Origin: Pirellulales bacterium
GTDB lineage: Bacteria; Planctomycetota; Planctomycetia; Pirellulales; JALHPA01
Direction of reading: 5' to 3'
DNA: 64,000 nt
Assembly: GCA_041736895.1 (NCBI GenBank)
Contig: JBGSSS010000005.1
Coordinates: 621 to 64,620, forward strand
The position numbers and the translations under genes were made by a program. A model generated the notes under the pieces. It searched no databases. It saw only the letters and a program-made list of their open reading frames with translations, and was not told the origin of the DNA. Every line of letters begins with the position of its first letter. Position 1 is the stretch's first letter. Positions 62,237-64,000 of this stretch are shown here, piece by piece.

Positions 62237-64000
62237 ATGGCAGACAAACCAAAAATCTCTGTCCGTGACATTCTGTTGACGCAGCGGGGCCTCGCTTTTG
62301 TCTCTACCGCTGGGGTCTCGGCGCAGTATGCCGTGCGGGCTGTCGAGCTAGAACTCGCGGAGCTGGGATATGTCATCTCTAAGCGCCTGCAAGAGCGCCT
62401 GTGTCGTTGCTCCAACGAAGGTTTAACGGCCTTCCGAGCCGAAACGATCAATGCTTTGCAGGAACATCTCGGCGTGCAAAAACACGAGCCGCTGTTCCGC
62501 CAGTTTCCCCAGGGCATCCCCAACGACACCGACGACCTTTGGTGGAAGAAGGTACTCGTCCATTTTCTACAAGCCGAAGATCAGCCGTGTTTGTTCTGCG
62601 GACGCACCGGCACGACTCACGTGCTGAATCCCTGCAAGCATGTGGTTTGCGATTACTGTTTCGACGGCTCGAACTACAGCGCTTGCCCCACTTGCGAGCA
62701 CCATGTTGACCGCAGCTCCCCATTTTTCAAAGCAGAGCCTGATCACCAGCCGGGTAAGGAATCTGTCGACTTTCAGCGGCTCGATCTGGGCGGCGATGAA
62801 ACAAAAGCAGTAAAAGAACTGTTCCTAAGGCTGTGCGAACGAAAACAAGCACTGTCCGAAACGGATCGCACGACGCTCGCGGCTATCGCGCGCGAATACA
62901 AAACTCAAATCCTCGCATGGCTGCCGGCAACAATACCCGTGCGCGAAAACGTCGCAATTGTCTTCGGCACACTGTTTCAAGAATGTCCCTCCGCCGAAGT
63001 CTTGCCGATTGCCAAGCGATATCTGTTAACAGCGACCGATGTGTTGCGTTTCCTCGCGGTCTATTCCGGCTGCGATGGCTCGCTGCTGCAGGAAACGATT
63101 CACAAACAAGTCGGAGTTCAAGAAAAAACGAGCCGATTTTGGAGTAAAGTCGCGAAATTTTTTGGCGACAATACCCCGCCAGCGCGGATCCACACCGTCA
63201 CTGTTTCGCTGCGCGTGAATCGTTTCAAAGTCGCGAAGCTCTCGCGCTCGCTCCGCCGCGCGCTGCTGGAAATCCTCAATCAACTGCCGCGCGAAGCGCT
63301 CTTCGAAGACATGCTCCGGCATCGCTCGTACTGGGTTTGGGCGGGCGAGTTCTTGCACCCTGGCGAATACGCCAAGCGCTACCCGCGCGTGGCGGAAGCG
63401 TTTCAAATCGTGCGCAAGAAGAACGAGGCCGGGGTCCCTGCGCCGAAATTCCAGACGTGGTACAGCCGGATTGAATCCGCGGCCAAGAATCGCGACATCG
63501 AATCCTTGGCCGCAACCTTGAGCGAACGCCCCGGCGAGTTCGCGCGGCGAATTGATTTCGCGCTGCGCATTGCCCAGGGCCAGTCAGCTCATCTAGAGCT
63601 CATCACGCAGTGTTTCCTGGCGCTGCTGCCGAAGATGGCGACCCCGGTGCTGCTCACGCTTTCGGCGCATTTGCCGAAGCGCATCGAACGAGCCAAGATC
63701 CGTGTTTATTGGCCCAAAGCCCGAGTTGCGATGGGTGTATCCGCGCCGGATCAACGCCAGTTGCTTACCTGGCAAGGAATTCAGCAACTCGTCCAGGCAG
63801 TCCGTGGCGAGTTGCTGGAGCGTTTTGCGAAGAAACCCCGCTTTACTCAAGGCATCGTCGATACCGAGCTAGCCGCGATTCCCGTTCCGTTTAATGAACG
63901 AACGGCGAGTCCGAGCGCGGTGACGCTTCCCCGCGGAGCGGCAGTGCAAGTCGAACTGCAAAAAACAATCCGTCTCTTCATGCATTGGTGCGAACCGGAA
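62237..64000 (+). CDS. Large protein with a canonical C3HC4 RING-finger motif, 3-prime end outside the window (>=588 aa)
   Basis: Not in the ORF track. The frame is open from TAG 62201-62203 to the last base and the first ATG is 62237 (MADKPKISVRDILLTQRGLAF...). Residues 118-153 are CLFCGRTGTTHVLNPCKHVVCDYCFDGSNYSACPTC. Codon usage resembles neighbouring genes. Confidence 0.75.
   Translation, partial: MADKPKISVRDILLTQRGLAFVSTAGVSAQYAVRAVELELAELGYVISKRLQERLCRCSNEGLTAFRAETINALQEHLGVQKHEPLFRQFPQGIPNDTDDLWWKKVLVHFLQAEDQPCLFCGRTGTTHVLNPCKHVVCDYCFDGSNYSACPTCEHHVDRSSPFFKAEPDHQPGKESVDFQRLDLGGDETKAVKELFLRLCERKQALSETDRTTLAAIAREYKTQILAWLPATIPVRENVAIVFGTLFQECPSAEVLPIAKRYLLTATDVLRFLAVYSGCDGSLLQETIHKQVGVQEKTSRFWSKVAKFFGDNTPPARIHTVTVSLRVNRFKVAKLSRSLRRALLEILNQLPREALFEDMLRHRSYWVWAGEFLHPGEYAKRYPRVAEAFQIVRKKNEAGVPAPKFQTWYSRIESAAKNRDIESLAATLSERPGEFARRIDFALRIAQGQSAHLELITQCFLALLPKMATPVLLTLSAHLPKRIERAKIRVYWPKARVAMGVSAPDQRQLLTWQGIQQLVQAVRGELLERFAKKPRFTQGIVDTELAAIPVPFNERTASPSAVTLPRGAAVQVELQKTIRLFMHWCEPE
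62588..62695 (+). other. RING-finger signature C-x2-C-x11-C-x-H-x2-C-x2-C-x8-C-x2-C
   Basis: Read directly from the translation of 62237.. (C118, C121, C133, H135, C138, C141, C150, C153). Confidence 0.8.

Noticed and set aside
1-64000. tRNA, rRNA, tmRNA, RNase P RNA, CRISPR arrays, transposases and integrases
   Set aside because: Scanning by eye found no T-arm-like GGTTCGAATCC-type sequences outside coding regions, no GAGGAAAGTCC-type RNase P core and no regularly spaced direct repeats. No recombinase-like ORF was found either. The 3-prime-end duplications and repeat families therefore cannot be tied to an enzyme encoded here.

Overview
64-kb chromosomal window, G+C-rich with several visibly AT-richer patches. 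The gene content points to a Planctomycetota (Pirellulales-like) genome: DUF1592-family/DUF1552 and PSCyt-DUF1549-DUF1553/DUF1501 gene pairs, a DUF1559 prepilin-like protein, two PEP-CTERM proteins, Fhc (H4MPT pathway) subunits, and a Rieske plus cytochrome b/dihaem-c fusion. I call about 62 protein-coding genes and 3 decayed gene fragments. I saw no rRNA, tRNA, CRISPR array, transposase or integrase. Many starts are trimmed relative to the ORF track, because short palindromic repeats translate into false N-terminal extensions. Housekeeping content includes queF/queC, lnt, maf, LptF/G, beta-carbonic anhydrase, PhoX, TerC, a UxaA-type dehydratase, CoA-disulfide reductase-rhodanese, YjbQ, P-II and a sigma-54 two-component pair. 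Accessory content is five toxin-antitoxin-type cassettes: one MazF-like, HigBA, and three paralogous ParE-like cassettes whose partner protein I cannot place in a known antitoxin family; one of those toxin copies carries a nonsense codon. Two frames that touch the window edges are missing from the ORF track: a Rieske C-terminus (1..159) and a 588-codon frame (62237..64000) with exact C3HC4 RING-finger spacing. That RING frame is the most interesting object here. The intergenic DNA is unusually structured. It holds at least 7 families of short interspersed repeats, including a 129-nt element in 3 copies, a 30-nt hairpin in 5 copies and an exact 29-mer in 3 copies. It also holds hairpin-pair inverted repeats that exactly fill gaps between convergent genes and supply their stop codons, two 250-300 bp A-tract-rich inverted repeats, and a run of helically phased T-tracts. 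Two small AT-richer inserts are each bracketed by an intact gene 3-prime end and a decayed copy of that same end. All family assignments come from motif recognition by eye; no searches were run.
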